Shown: one piece after another, positions 33,748-43,645 of the stretch
Numbering within the stretch: the stretch's first letter is position 1
How the letters are laid out: each line of letters starts with the position of its first letter
From: Clostridia bacterium
GTDB taxonomy: Bacteria; Bacillota; Clostridia; Oscillospirales; CAG-272
NCBI GenBank assembly: GCA_017505745.1
Contig: JAFVOP010000112.1
Span: 1-56,107 of the forward strand
Length of the DNA: 56,107 nt
Direction of reading: 5' to 3'
Program-made: the position numbers and the translations under genes
Notes under the pieces: generated by a model
Databases searched by the model: none
Seen by the model: only the letters and a program-made list of their open reading frames with translations
What the model was told of the DNA's origin: nothing

Positions 33748-34656
33748 TTACGTGCGTGCTTTCAGCGCGCGCTGTAGAAGCTCCACACAGGCTTCCGGCG
33801 TAGAAATTCCGGTTCCTTCCAGCAAAACGCCGCGCCGTCTCAGCTCGTGAATCAAGGCCGCACATTGCGGAACCTCCAGCCCCACCGCAACAAGCTCCTC
33901 TCGCTTTGCAAATACCTCGTCCGGAGTCCCCTCCATCAAAACCAGGCCGTCATTCATCACGATGATGCGGTCAGCCTCGGCCGCCTCGTTCATATAATGG
34001 GTGATGTTGATAACCGTAATTCCGTAATCCCGATTGAGCAACCGAATGGTATCCAACACTTCTTTTCTTCCGTTTGGATCCAGCATGGCCGTGGATTCAT
34101 CGAAAATAATACATTTTGGCATCATCGCAATGATTCCGGCAATTGCAATGCGCTGTTTTTGACCGCCCGACAGACGGTGTGGCTCGTGATGGGCATAGGA
34201 TGTCATTCCAACTGCAGCAATTGCATCCTCCACACGCTTTCGAAGCTCGGGCTGAGGAACTCCCAGGTTTTCCGGCCCAAAGGCAACGTCCTCCTCTACG
34301 ATCGTGGCAACCAGCTGGTTATCCGGGTTTTGAAAAACCATTCCCACGTTGCGCCGCAGCTGCAGCAGCTCGTCATCGGTCAGCTCCTTGCCTGTCAGCT
34401 CCATGCCCCCCACCACAAGTGTTCCGCCGGTGGGCTCCAGGATCATATTCAACAGTTTTGCAAAGGTAGATTTTCCGGATCCATTGTGGCCCAACACCGC
34501 CACATATTCCCCTTCGTAAATATCCACCGAAACGCCCTTGAGAGCAGGATGCTCTTCCTTTCCGTCGTTGTCCCGATAGGAAAAGCAAAGCCCCTCGGCG
34601 TGAATATAACTATTCGACAAGATGATCGATCCTTTCTTTACGTTATTTCTGCGCAT
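33748..34656 (-). CDS. ecfA1: Energy-coupling factor transporter ATPase (first copy)
   Basis: The ORF has Walker A 'GHNGSGKST', the signature 'LSGGQKQRIAIA' and Walker B 'CIIFDEST'. Confidence 0.85.
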   Translation of the reverse strand: MRRNNVKKGSIILSNSYIHAEGLCFSYRDNDGKEEHPALKGVSVDIYEGEYVAVLGHNGSGKSTFAKLLNMILEPTGGTLVVGGMELTGKELTDDELLQLRRNVGMVFQNPDNQLVATIVEEDVAFGPENLGVPQPELRKRVEDAIAAVGMTSYAHHEPHRLSGGQKQRIAIAGIIAMMPKCIIFDESTAMLDPNGRKEVLDTIRLLNRDYGITVINITHYMNEAAEADRIIVMNDGLVLMEGTPDEVFAKREELVAVGLEVPQCAALIHELRRRGVLLEGTGISTPEACVELLQRALKART

Positions 34657-35509
34657 ACCACCGCGAGCTTGCTCCGCAGGGCAAGAAAGCCCCGGTTTGG
34701 GTCACACGAAGTCCCAGCTCGCCCGCTTCGATCTTCCCACCAAAGCGACTGCGCACCTTCAGATCCAACAAATAGCTCATTGTGAGGGGAGAAAGTCCGG
34801 TGGTATAGGAGTTGACCAAAAAGAAGAGCGGTTGATCGGATAAAAGACGGGATGCTAACGTAATCAGCTCGTCGATGCTATCCTCCAGCTTCCAAACCTC
34901 TCCGTTTGGGCCTCTTCCGTAGGAGGGCGGATCCATAATGATCCCCTCATAAGTGTTTCCTCGGCGGATCTCGCGTTCCACAAATTTTTTGCAATCATCC
35001 ACGATGTAGCGGATCGGTGCTGCAGAAAGGCCCGAAAGCGCGGCGTTTTCCTTGGCCTGCGCCACGATTCCCTTGGAGGCGTCCACATGAACCACTGAAG
35101 CCCCCGCAGAAGCCGCCGCTACCGTTGCACCGCCCGTGTAAGCAAACAGATTCAAAACCTTGATCGGTCGATTTTCGTTTCGGATCAGCTTGGAAAACCA
35201 ATCCCAGTTTGCCGCCTGCTCCGGGAACAGGCCGGTGTGCTTGAAGCCCATGGGACGAAGGAAAAAGCCCAAACTGCCATACCCGATCTTCCAGGATTCG
35301 GGCAGTTGATTCTTCACCCATGCGCCGCCTCCCGAGGAGGAACGGCGGTAGATCCCGTCCGCTCGCTTCCATGCAGGATGCTTGGCAACGTTTTTCCAGA
35401 TGATCTGCGGGTCGGGACGGATCAGGATATAGTTTCCCCAACGCTCCAAGCGCTCTCCGTCCGATGTATCCAAAAGCTCGTAATCCTTCCAGTTTTCAGA
35501 AAACCACAT
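34643..35509 (-). CDS. Class I SAM-dependent RNA methyltransferase (RlmI/YwbD-like catalytic domain)
   Basis: The ORF starts at 'MWFSENWKDYELLD' and contains 'GLFPEQ', the SAM motif 'VLNLFAYTGGATVAAA' and 'IIMDPPSYG'. An AAGGGAAAGGG RBS is present. Confidence 0.75.
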   Translation of the reverse strand: MWFSENWKDYELLDTSDGERLERWGNYILIRPDPQIIWKNVAKHPAWKRADGIYRRSSSGGGAWVKNQLPESWKIGYGSLGFFLRPMGFKHTGLFPEQAANWDWFSKLIRNENRPIKVLNLFAYTGGATVAAASAGASVVHVDASKGIVAQAKENAALSGLSAAPIRYIVDDCKKFVEREIRRGNTYEGIIMDPPSYGRGPNGEVWKLEDSIDELITLASRLLSDQPLFFLVNSYTTGLSPLTMSYLLDLKVRSRFGGKIEAGELGLRVTQTGAFLPCGASSRWYAQK

Positions 35510-35528
35510 TGCAATTTTACCCTTTCCC

Positions 35529-36026
35529 TTACTTGTTGTAATATCTTGCCAACCGCGAGCCGCCACTGTGTGCGTGACAAATGGCGATCGCCAACGCATC
35601 GGCGGTGTCGTCCGGCTTTGGCGGCTTTGTCAATCCCAAAAGCATAGTAACCATGCTGATCACCTGTTTTTTCTCGGCCCGTCCATATCCCACCACCGCT
35701 TGCTTGACCTGGAGCGGTGTATACTCATAGATCGGAACCTGCTTCCGCTGCGCCGAGAGAAGGATCACACCGCGCGCCTCCGCCACACGGATTCCCGTGG
35801 TGATATTGGTGTTAAAGAACAATTCCTCCACCGCCATAGCATCGGGATGATAGGTATCCAGCAGCTCGTTCATTCCGTCAAAAATCGCCTTCAATCGCTC
35901 CTCGGTCCGCATACCGGCAGGCGTTTGGATCGATCCGTAAGCAAGGGTGCGAAAGCGCGTATTTTTATATTCCAAAACGCCCCAACCCACGATCGCCAGT
36001 CCGGGGTCTATTCCAAGAACAATCAT
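35529..36026 (-). CDS. ruvC: Crossover junction endodeoxyribonuclease RuvC
   Basis: 165-aa ORF with 'IVLGIDPGLAIVGWGV', 'AVEELFFN' and 'DDTADALAIAICH'. Confidence 0.9.
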   Translation of the reverse strand: MIVLGIDPGLAIVGWGVLEYKNTRFRTLAYGSIQTPAGMRTEERLKAIFDGMNELLDTYHPDAMAVEELFFNTNITTGIRVAEARGVILLSAQRKQVPIYEYTPLQVKQAVVGYGRAEKKQVISMVTMLLGLTKPPKPDDTADALAIAICHAHSGGSRLARYYNK

Positions 36027-36270
36027 TTTCCGTCTCTCTTTCTATCCGCAAAAGCCAAAATCCGCTTTTCCGCTAAAATATCCCACCTTGCATTATACCA
36101 CCAAAAGTCGAATATGTCAAACGATATTTTATTTTTTGGAAAAATCCGTTTAAAAATACCGAAATTCGGTTTACAGAATCACTTTTTTATGATATAATAT
36201 ACCTATCTTACCATATCTTTTTGAATTCTCTGTAAATTCCTGTCGATTCTGACCCCCGGAGGTTTGATTT

Positions 36271-36501
36271 ATGCAGATCATTCCCTTGCACCCCAACGAT
36301 CGAATCCAACTGAAAAAACCGCATCCCTGCGGCGGCAATATCTTTTTGGTATTGCGCGTAGGCAGCGCGGTCCGCATTGTATGCGAGCAATGCGGAAGAG
36401 ACATGACGGTTGACCGTGTGAAGCTGGAAAAAGCCGTTCGACAAATCCTGGAGACATCCAACGCCCCCTCCCCCGAAAAGAAAGGAAATGCCCAACCATG
36501 A
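36271..36501 (+). CDS. DUF951-family protein
   Basis: 76-aa ORF. 'LKKPHPCGGN.F.VLRVG..VRIVC..CGR' is the family's zinc-ribbon-like core. Confidence 0.7.
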   Translation: MQIIPLHPNDRIQLKKPHPCGGNIFLVLRVGSAVRIVCEQCGRDMTVDRVKLEKAVRQILETSNAPSPEKKGNAQP

Positions 36502-39500
36502 ACAACGTTTCAAAAGAGCTGTCGGTTGCACCGAAGCACCCCCCCAAGCAACGAATTTCCAATCTGCTGCAAAGCGGAAAGCCGATCTGGAAAACCTATT
36601 GGTACCTGCTGTTTGCCATGCTGATTCCCGCGATCCTGATGTATCTGATCTATCTCGCGCGCGGGATCTATCCGTTTGGAAACGGAACCGTACTGGTCCT
36701 GGACCTCAACGGACAGTACGTTTGGTTTTTTGAGGCGCTTCGCAAGTTTGTGTACGGAGACAGCAGCCTGCTCTACTCCTTCTCGCGTGCACTCGGCGGA
36801 GAATTTCTCGGAATTTACGCCTACTATATCGCAAGCCCGCTTTCCTATATCGTTTGCCTGTTTCCCGAAAATATGATGCAGGAAGCGCTGTTGGTGCTGT
36901 TCTTACTGAAAACAGCGATCTGCGGCGGCACCTTCGGCTATTACATGCACCGCACCTCCAAGCAAATCAACCGCTTTTCAATCGTCCTGTTTTCGGCCTT
37001 TTATGCGCTGACCAGCTATGCTATCGTCCAGCAGCACAATACCATGTGGATCGACGCCGTCATGTGGCTTCCCTTGATCACCCTTGGGATCGAACAGCTG
37101 ATCAAGCACGGAAAATTCAAGATGTACACCGTATTCCTGGCGCTCACCCTGTTCAGCAACTTCTATATCGGCTATATGGTATGCATCTACTGTGTGATCT
37201 ACTTTTTCCTGTACTACCTTGCTCACAATGAGCAGTTCCGGAATAACCCGCACCGCGAAAAGCGCCATTTCTTCAAATCGCTCTTCCGTATCGCCTTTTT
37301 CTCAATGATCGCGGTTGGCATCGCCTCTGTGATCCTTCTCAGCGCATATTACTCCCTGAACTTCGGAAAAACAACCTTTTCCGATCCGAACTGGGATTGG
37401 AAGATCAAATTCGATATTCTGGATCTCCTTTACAAATTCCTTCCCGGCTCCTTTGACACCGTACGTCCGGCGGGGCTTCCCTTCGTATACTGCGGATTGC
37501 TTACCCTTCTTTTGATTCCGGCCTATTTTCTCTCGGATCGCTATCCGATGCGGCAAAAGATCGTCTCGGGAATATTCATTTTCATTTTCGTTGCCAGCTT
37601 TACGCTCAGCGTTACCGATCTGATCTGGCACGGCTTCCAAAAGCCAAACTGGCTAAACTATCGGTATAGCTTTATGCTCTGCTTCTACCTGTGTGTATTG
37701 GCATGTCGCGCGTTTTCGGATTTTCGCGGAGTTTCCTTGCGTGCTATGATGGGCACTGCAGGGCTGATCGCTTTGCTTTGTGTGGTTCTTCAAGGCTACA
37801 CCAGCGGCGAGTACGTCAATCCGAACGATTATACCACTATCTGGTTTACGCTCATTATGCTCTTTGTCTACCTTGCAATTCTGGCTCTGTTGCGCAAAAC
37901 CACCGATAAAATGCTGATCAGCGCGGTGCTTCTCTCGGCAGTTGCCGTAGAGCTCTTCTGTAACGGACTTTGGAACTTGAACGGATTAGACGAGGACGTG
38001 GCGTTTACCAAGCATAGCTACTATGCAAACTTTCTGGAAAAAACACGCCCGATCGTAGAAGAGGTTCAGGCCTCCGACGATTCCTTCTACCGTATGGAAA
38101 AGACCTTCTTCCGTAAAACCAATGATAACATGGCGTTGGAGATCCGCGGCCTTTCGGGCTCGACCTCCACTCTCAATAAGGAGACCATCCAGTTTTTGAA
38201 CAAGATGGGTTATGCATCAAAATCACATTGGTCGAAGTATCTGGGCGGTACTCCCGTGAGCGACTCTCTGCTGGGCCTTAAGTATATCATCTCCGATAAG
38301 GATCTCTACGCCTCCTACTACGAGGTATATAAAACCGACCCCAAAAACGGCTATACCGCATATTACAATCCGTACGCGCTCTCCATTGCATACGGCGTAG
38401 ATGATGCCTTGCTGGACTTTCCGCTTGGATTTGTAACCGAGGACCCGGACGAGGAGAAGGACGAAGAAAAAAGCGCCATTGCGGGTGCGATTGCCTCGCT
38501 CAAATCCAAGTTAAACGAAATTCTTGGCATTGACGAAACCGTGAACAGCGCCGAATATATTGACGAATACAATTCTCCCTTCGAGCGTCTCAACGAAATG
38601 GTTACCGCAATGCTTGGAGAGGAGGATACGGTTGAGATCTTTGTTCCGATCAAGATCGAATCGACGAACACAAAAAATCTGTTGCGCTCCTTGACCAACA
38701 TGCACACCCGGTACACCAAGGACAACCCCGATAAGGATGCGATCCTTACTTACTCCATCGAAATGCCGGAGGACGGCGAGCTGTTCTTCTATATGCCTAC
38801 CAAACGCGTGCGCGAGGTGGAACTGACGCTCATCAAGGACGATTCGCCTTACGATATGGGAACCTTTAACGGAAATGAAACCACGAGAATCATTTCGCTT
38901 GGATTGCAAGAGGCCGATACTCCCCTTTCGCTGGAATTGCTTCTGACAACCGAATACGTAGACGCGATGATCGGAGAATACTACTTCTACTACATCGACT
39001 GGGACGTATTTCAGGATGCGATGGCAAGACTTGCGAAGGATCAGTATCAGATTACCGATTACACGGAGGATTCCTTTAGTGGGACCTTTACGGCCTCCAA
39101 ATCGCACGAGCTTGTGATGACCACGATCGCCTATGACAAGGGATGGGAGGTTTACGTAGACGGAAAAGAGGTAGAGACCGTAAAGGCACTCGGCTCTCTG
39201 GTTTCCTTCTACGTGGACGGAGAAGCCGGTGATACACACACGGTAGAAATGAAATATCGCCCCAACACCTTCCATATCGGTCTTTGGCTCTCCGTTGGCT
39301 CCCTTGTGCTTCTGCTTGCTCTTATCATTTTGGAAAAACGCATGAAAAAGATCCGCGTGCTTCGTGCAATCGTTGGAATTCCGGAAACGGAACCGGGCGA
39401 ACCCGAAGCTTTGAAAGCAGAGGACGAGGAGGACGAAGAGTGGAGCCCCGACCTCATGGAGATAGACCGGACTGCCGTGGAAGAAGATGCCTCCTTGGAG

Positions 39501-39590
39501 GAAACAGAATCTCCTTCAGAAGAAGAAGAAGAACCGACAAAGAAGGATGACACGGTTCCAACTGCAAAAAACGATGTGGAGACCCCTTAA
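36498..39590 (+). CDS. YfhO-family polytopic membrane protein (glycosylation-associated) with an acidic C-terminal tail
   Basis: 1030-aa ORF with many N-terminal TM helices, a large extracytoplasmic domain, a terminal TM helix and a Glu/Asp-rich tail. Its start overlaps the DUF951 stop (ATGA). Confidence 0.75.
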   Translation: MNNVSKELSVAPKHPPKQRISNLLQSGKPIWKTYWYLLFAMLIPAILMYLIYLARGIYPFGNGTVLVLDLNGQYVWFFEALRKFVYGDSSLLYSFSRALGGEFLGIYAYYIASPLSYIVCLFPENMMQEALLVLFLLKTAICGGTFGYYMHRTSKQINRFSIVLFSAFYALTSYAIVQQHNTMWIDAVMWLPLITLGIEQLIKHGKFKMYTVFLALTLFSNFYIGYMVCIYCVIYFFLYYLAHNEQFRNNPHREKRHFFKSLFRIAFFSMIAVGIASVILLSAYYSLNFGKTTFSDPNWDWKIKFDILDLLYKFLPGSFDTVRPAGLPFVYCGLLTLLLIPAYFLSDRYPMRQKIVSGIFIFIFVASFTLSVTDLIWHGFQKPNWLNYRYSFMLCFYLCVLACRAFSDFRGVSLRAMMGTAGLIALLCVVLQGYTSGEYVNPNDYTTIWFTLIMLFVYLAILALLRKTTDKMLISAVLLSAVAVELFCNGLWNLNGLDEDVAFTKHSYYANFLEKTRPIVEEVQASDDSFYRMEKTFFRKTNDNMALEIRGLSGSTSTLNKETIQFLNKMGYASKSHWSKYLGGTPVSDSLLGLKYIISDKDLYASYYEVYKTDPKNGYTAYYNPYALSIAYGVDDALLDFPLGFVTEDPDEEKDEEKSAIAGAIASLKSKLNEILGIDETVNSAEYIDEYNSPFERLNEMVTAMLGEEDTVEIFVPIKIESTNTKNLLRSLTNMHTRYTKDNPDKDAILTYSIEMPEDGELFFYMPTKRVREVELTLIKDDSPYDMGTFNGNETTRIISLGLQEADTPLSLELLLTTEYVDAMIGEYYFYYIDWDVFQDAMARLAKDQYQITDYTEDSFSGTFTASKSHELVMTTIAYDKGWEVYVDGKEVETVKALGSLVSFYVDGEAGDTHTVEMKYRPNTFHIGLWLSVGSLVLLLALIILEKRMKKIRVLRAIVGIPETEPGEPEALKAEDEEDEEWSPDLMEIDRTAVEEDASLEETESPSEEEEEPTKKDDTVPTAKNDVETP

Positions 39591-39608
39591 CAGAAAGGAT
39601 CGATTGAC

Positions 39609-40241
39609 ATGTTTTACTATATCAGCGGAAAGCTTGCACACCTGGAAAACGGAGTAGCCGTTCTTGATGCGGGCGGCGTAGGCTATAAGCTTACCATCAG
39701 CGGAACCACCTACGATGCCATGCCCCCCAACCGATCGGTAAAAGAACCGCCACAGGTGTTGCTTTACACCTATATGGCGGTCCGTGAGGATGGGATTGAA
39801 CTGTTTGGCTTTGCAAGCGAGACCGAGCTGGCTTCTTTCAAGCTTCTGATCTCGGTTTCGGGGGTTGGCCCCAAGGCCGCCATGTCGATCCTCTCGCTTC
39901 TGACACCTGAAAAATTCGCACTTGCCGTTTGCTCCGAGGATCGCAAAACCATTGCCAAAGCCAATGGGATCGGCCCGAAAACAGCAGCCAGAATCATTCT
40001 GGAGCTGAAGGACAAGCTGATGAAGGAGCATACGGGAGAGGATCTGTTGGCAGCAATCGGATCGGAGAATGCCTCCGTTGCAGCCACCGGAAAGCGCGGC
40101 AAGCTGAGTGAAGCCGTGGACGCGCTTTTGGTTTTGGGATACTCCCGCGCCGAAGCCATGAATGCATTGAAGGATCTCAACACCGACGGAATGGAATTGG
40201 AAGAGATCATTCGCGTCACTTTGAAAAAAATGATGAAATGA
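39609..40241 (+). CDS. ruvA: Holliday junction branch migration protein RuvA
   Basis: 210-aa ORF with 'MFYYISGKL', 'LISVSGVGPKAAMSIL' and 'ANGIGPKTAARII'. Confidence 0.9.
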   Translation: MFYYISGKLAHLENGVAVLDAGGVGYKLTISGTTYDAMPPNRSVKEPPQVLLYTYMAVREDGIELFGFASETELASFKLLISVSGVGPKAAMSILSLLTPEKFALAVCSEDRKTIAKANGIGPKTAARIILELKDKLMKEHTGEDLLAAIGSENASVAATGKRGKLSEAVDALLVLGYSRAEAMNALKDLNTDGMELEEIIRVTLKKMMK

Positions 40242-40265
40242 TCGCCCGATCGGAAAGGATAATGT

Positions 40266-41342
40266 ATGGACACCAATGAATTCGATTTTGAAAACCGGAT
40301 CATGAATACGGGATATAACGCCGAGGACTCCGACGTGGACGTCTCTCTGCGCCCCAAAACGTTGGACGATTACGTTGGTCAGGAAAAAGTAAAGGAAAAT
40401 TTAAAAATCTACATTGAGGCCGCCAAGCAACGAAATGACCCTTTGGATCACGTTCTGCTCTACGGCCCTCCCGGATTGGGAAAAACCACCCTTTCCAACA
40501 TTATTGCGGCCGAAATGGGAGTCAACATCCGTATTACGTCGGGACCTGCCATTGAAAAGCAGGGCGATCTCGCTGCTATTCTGACCAACCTCAATGAGGG
40601 CGACGTTCTCTTTATCGACGAAATCCACCGACTGTCGCGCTCAGTGGAAGAGATTCTCTACCCCGCAATGGAGGATTACGCGCTGGATATCATCATCGGC
40701 AAGGGGCCTTCGGCGCGCAGCATCCGAATTGATCTTCCCCGCTTCACCCTGATTGGCGCAACCACCAGAGCGGGACAAATGACCACGCCCTTGCGCGATC
40801 GCTTTGGTGTGATTCTGAAGCTGGAGCTTTATACGCCCGAAGAGCTTGCAACCATCGTTCGCCGTAACGCGGGGATCCTCGGAATGGAGATCACCGACGA
40901 CGGTGCCATTGAAATTGCGGGGCGCTCCCGCGGAACGCCACGTATTGCAAACCGACTGCTCAAGCGCGTTCGCGACTTTGCGCAGGTCAAGGGAGACGGC
41001 GCAATCAATTCCGAAATTGCCAATTACGCGCTCAACCGCTTGGAGATCGACCAGCTTGGACTGGACAACGTGGACAGACGGATGCTGGAAACCATCATCA
41101 AGTTCTATGACGGCGGTCCTGTGGGGCTGGAAACGCTCGCCGCCACGGTAGGTGAAGAGGCAATTACGCTGGAGGACATGTACGAGCCTTACCTCATGCA
41201 GATCGGTTTTTTAAACCGTACACCGCGCGGCAGATGTGTCACACGTATGGCCTATGAGCACCTCGGGATTCCCTTCCATGCGGCACCGACCTCACAGGAG
41301 GAACAAATTCGGATGTTCGAGGACCTCTCCGGACAATCCTGA
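40266..41342 (+). CDS. ruvB: Holliday junction branch migration DNA helicase RuvB
   Basis: 358-aa ORF with '[12 protein letters not shown]', Walker A 'GPPGLGKTT', 'FIDEIHRL' and '[16 protein letters not shown]'. Confidence 0.95.
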   Translation: MDTNEFDFENRIMNTGYNAEDSDVDVSLRPKTLDDYVGQEKVKENLKIYIEAAKQRNDPLDHVLLYGPPGLGKTTLSNIIAAEMGVNIRITSGPAIEKQGDLAAILTNLNEGDVLFIDEIHRLSRSVEEILYPAMEDYALDIIIGKGPSARSIRIDLPRFTLIGATTRAGQMTTPLRDRFGVILKLELYTPEELATIVRRNAGILGMEITDDGAIEIAGRSRGTPRIANRLLKRVRDFAQVKGDGAINSEIANYALNRLEIDQLGLDNVDRRMLETIIKFYDGGPVGLETLAATVGEEAITLEDMYEPYLMQIGFLNRTPRGRCVTRMAYEHLGIPFHAAPTSQEEQIRMFEDLSGQS

Positions 41343-41353
41343 CCCCGAAAAAG

Positions 41354-42118
41354 TTACTTTTTCCAATAAAACGGACTGGATCCGTAAATCTGCTTGAACA
41401 TTTTGGAAAAATTTCCAACATCATCATATCCGCAAAGCCCGGCGGTTTCTTTTACGGAGTATCCCTCCTCCAATCTCCGCTTGGCTTCTTCCATGCGAAC
41501 AAAAATCAGATATTCCTGGATCGATCTTCCCGTTTTCTGCTTAAAAACACGCGAAAGGTAACGGCGGTTAAGATTCAACTCCTCCGCAATTTGTTCCACA
41601 CGCAACGGTTCCATATAGGATGCGTGTATGCGGCTCTGCACCTGCCCTACATAGGTGTTTTGTGTTGTTTTCTCCTCAAACAGTTCGGCGTAAAGGCGGA
41701 ATAGCAGACCTGCGATCCGATGCTCGATTAGATCCTGCCTCACCGCATCAAGCATTTTCTGTAAAATGTCTTGCGGAAACGGAAACACCGGCGGGAGGTC
41801 TTGAAAAGCCGAAGCCAGGGCTCCGTCAAATCCGATCCACTGATAATACCAGGGGTCCTTTGCATCAGCCTCATAAGTGGTCTCCTCGCCGGGAAGGATC
41901 AGGAACGCCTCTCCGGCTTGAATGGGATATGTCTTGCCGTCCTTCATAAGCACTCCCTTTCCCTTCACCACGTAATGGATCAGCGTATATTTGCGAATAT
42001 ACGGACCAAAGCGTTTTTTGGGCTTACACTGCTCGTATCCAAGCTGTATGGGATTCAAATCACGAAAATGCTGATTGATCAAATGGAAATTTTTCATGAT
42101 ATACCGTTCGTTCTCCAT
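41354..42118 (-). CDS. AraC-family transcriptional regulator (MsmR/MelR-like), divergent from melA
   Basis: It has a cupin N-terminus and the AraC HTH ('IAEELNLNRRYLSRVFK', 'AGLCGYDDVGNFSKMFK'). The start is ambiguous (42118 or 42097), and the track start at 42139 is TTG. Confidence 0.75.
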   Translation of the reverse strand: MENERYIMKNFHLINQHFRDLNPIQLGYEQCKPKKRFGPYIRKYTLIHYVVKGKGVLMKDGKTYPIQAGEAFLILPGEETTYEADAKDPWYYQWIGFDGALASAFQDLPPVFPFPQDILQKMLDAVRQDLIEHRIAGLLFRLYAELFEEKTTQNTYVGQVQSRIHASYMEPLRVEQIAEELNLNRRYLSRVFKQKTGRSIQEYLIFVRMEEAKRRLEEGYSVKETAGLCGYDDVGNFSKMFKQIYGSSPFYWKK

Positions 42119-42271
42119 GCTTTCCACAACAACCCCCAACTCACTGAATTAGTTACATTATACCATATTTGAGTTACCAAATGCAATGGATTTTTTGAAA
42201 ATAATGTGCTATAATGATGAATGTTACGAGATGAAACTCTCGTTAAAACTTCATTTTTAAGGAGAATGCAA

Positions 42272-43594
42272 ATGAAAATTACGTTTATGGGCGCAGGTAG
42301 CACCGTATTTGTAAAAAACGTGTTGGGTGACACCATGCTTTGCGATGCTTTACATGACGTGGAAATTGCACTGTACGATATCGACAAATCCAGACTCGAC
42401 GATTCGTATCTGTTGATTACCGCTATCAACAACTCTATCAATCAAGGAAGAGCAACCATAAAGACTTATCTTGGCGTAGAACAACGTAAAGAAGCGCTTC
42501 GCGGCGCGAATTTCGTAATCAACGCCATTCAGGTGGGGCTCTATGATCCCTGTACCATCATCGACTTTGAGATTCCCAAAAAATACGGTCTTCGTCAAAC
42601 AATTGCCGACACGCTGGGCATTGGCGGAATCTTCCGCGGTATGCGTACGATCCACGTATTAAAGGATTTTGCAAAGGATATGGAAGAGGTATGCCCCAAT
42701 GCGTGGTTCCTCAACTACACCAATCCCATGGCGATCCTTTCGGGCTATATGCAACGCTACACAGGTGTAAAAACCGTTGGCCTTTGCCATAGCGTGCAGG
42801 TATGTGTTCCCAAACTTTTGAAAAAGCTGGAAATGGAGCAGACCGAAGAGGATCTGATCTTCAAGATCGCCGGTATCAATCACATGGCTTGGTTGCTGGA
42901 AATCACCGACAAAAACGGCAATGATCTGTATCCCGAGATCCGTCGCAGAGCCAAAGAAAAGAATGCAACGGAAAAACACAGCGATATGGTTCGCTTTGAT
43001 TACATCGATAAGCTCGGCTATTACTGCACGGAGAGCAGTGAGCACAATGCCGAATATAACCCCTTCTACATCAAGCCCAACCGCCCCGATCTGATCGAAA
43101 AATTCAACATTCCGCTGGACGAATATCCGCGCCGCTGTATCCGTCATATCGAAAAATGGACCAAGCAAAGAGAGGAACTCTTGCACGATGCCTCCACCAT
43201 TGAATTCAAGCGCTCCAACGAATATGCCTCACACATCATGGAAGCCATCGTCACCGATACGCCCTATAAAATTGGCGGAAACGTGATCAACAACGGACTT
43301 ATTCCCAATCTCCCCGCACAGGCATGCGTAGAGGTTCCCTGCTTAGTTGATAAAAACGGCGTAACGCCCACCTATGTCGGTGAGCTCCCGCTTCAGCTGG
43401 CGGCTATGAACGCTTCCAACATTTACGCCCAAATGCTCACCATTGAGGCTGCGCACACCGGAAAAATCGAAACCCTGTATCAAGCCGCAATGATGGAGCC
43501 GCACACCGCCGCTGAGCTTTCCACCGATGAGATCGTATCGCTTTGCAACGATCTGATCGAGGCTCACACCAAGGCAGGCTATCCCATCTTCTGA
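42272..43594 (+). CDS. melA: GH4-family alpha-galactosidase
   Basis: Starting at 'MKITFMGAGSTVFVKNVLGD', the sequence matches B. subtilis MelA blocks closely along its length ('VINAIQVG', 'IDFEIPKKYGLRQTIADT.GIGGIFR', 'GLCHSVQ', 'INHMAWLLE', 'ESSEHNAEY'). An AAGGAGA RBS lies 8 nt upstream. Confidence 0.85.
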   Translation: MKITFMGAGSTVFVKNVLGDTMLCDALHDVEIALYDIDKSRLDDSYLLITAINNSINQGRATIKTYLGVEQRKEALRGANFVINAIQVGLYDPCTIIDFEIPKKYGLRQTIADTLGIGGIFRGMRTIHVLKDFAKDMEEVCPNAWFLNYTNPMAILSGYMQRYTGVKTVGLCHSVQVCVPKLLKKLEMEQTEEDLIFKIAGINHMAWLLEITDKNGNDLYPEIRRRAKEKNATEKHSDMVRFDYIDKLGYYCTESSEHNAEYNPFYIKPNRPDLIEKFNIPLDEYPRRCIRHIEKWTKQREELLHDASTIEFKRSNEYASHIMEAIVTDTPYKIGGNVINNGLIPNLPAQACVEVPCLVDKNGVTPTYVGELPLQLAAMNASNIYAQMLTIEAAHTGKIETLYQAAMMEPHTAAELSTDEIVSLCNDLIEAHTKAGYPIF

Positions 43595-43645
43595 TCTTCT
43601 ATATCCCGGGCAAACGCCCACCCCCGAAAGGAAGGATTACGTTTT

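Noticed and set aside
36027-36270. A LexA/DinR SOS box in the ruvC / DUF951-ruvAB divergent promoter region.
   Set aside because: No CGAAC-N4-GTTCG-like palindrome is present. The closest string (cgaatatgtcaaacg) lacks the GTTC half-site.
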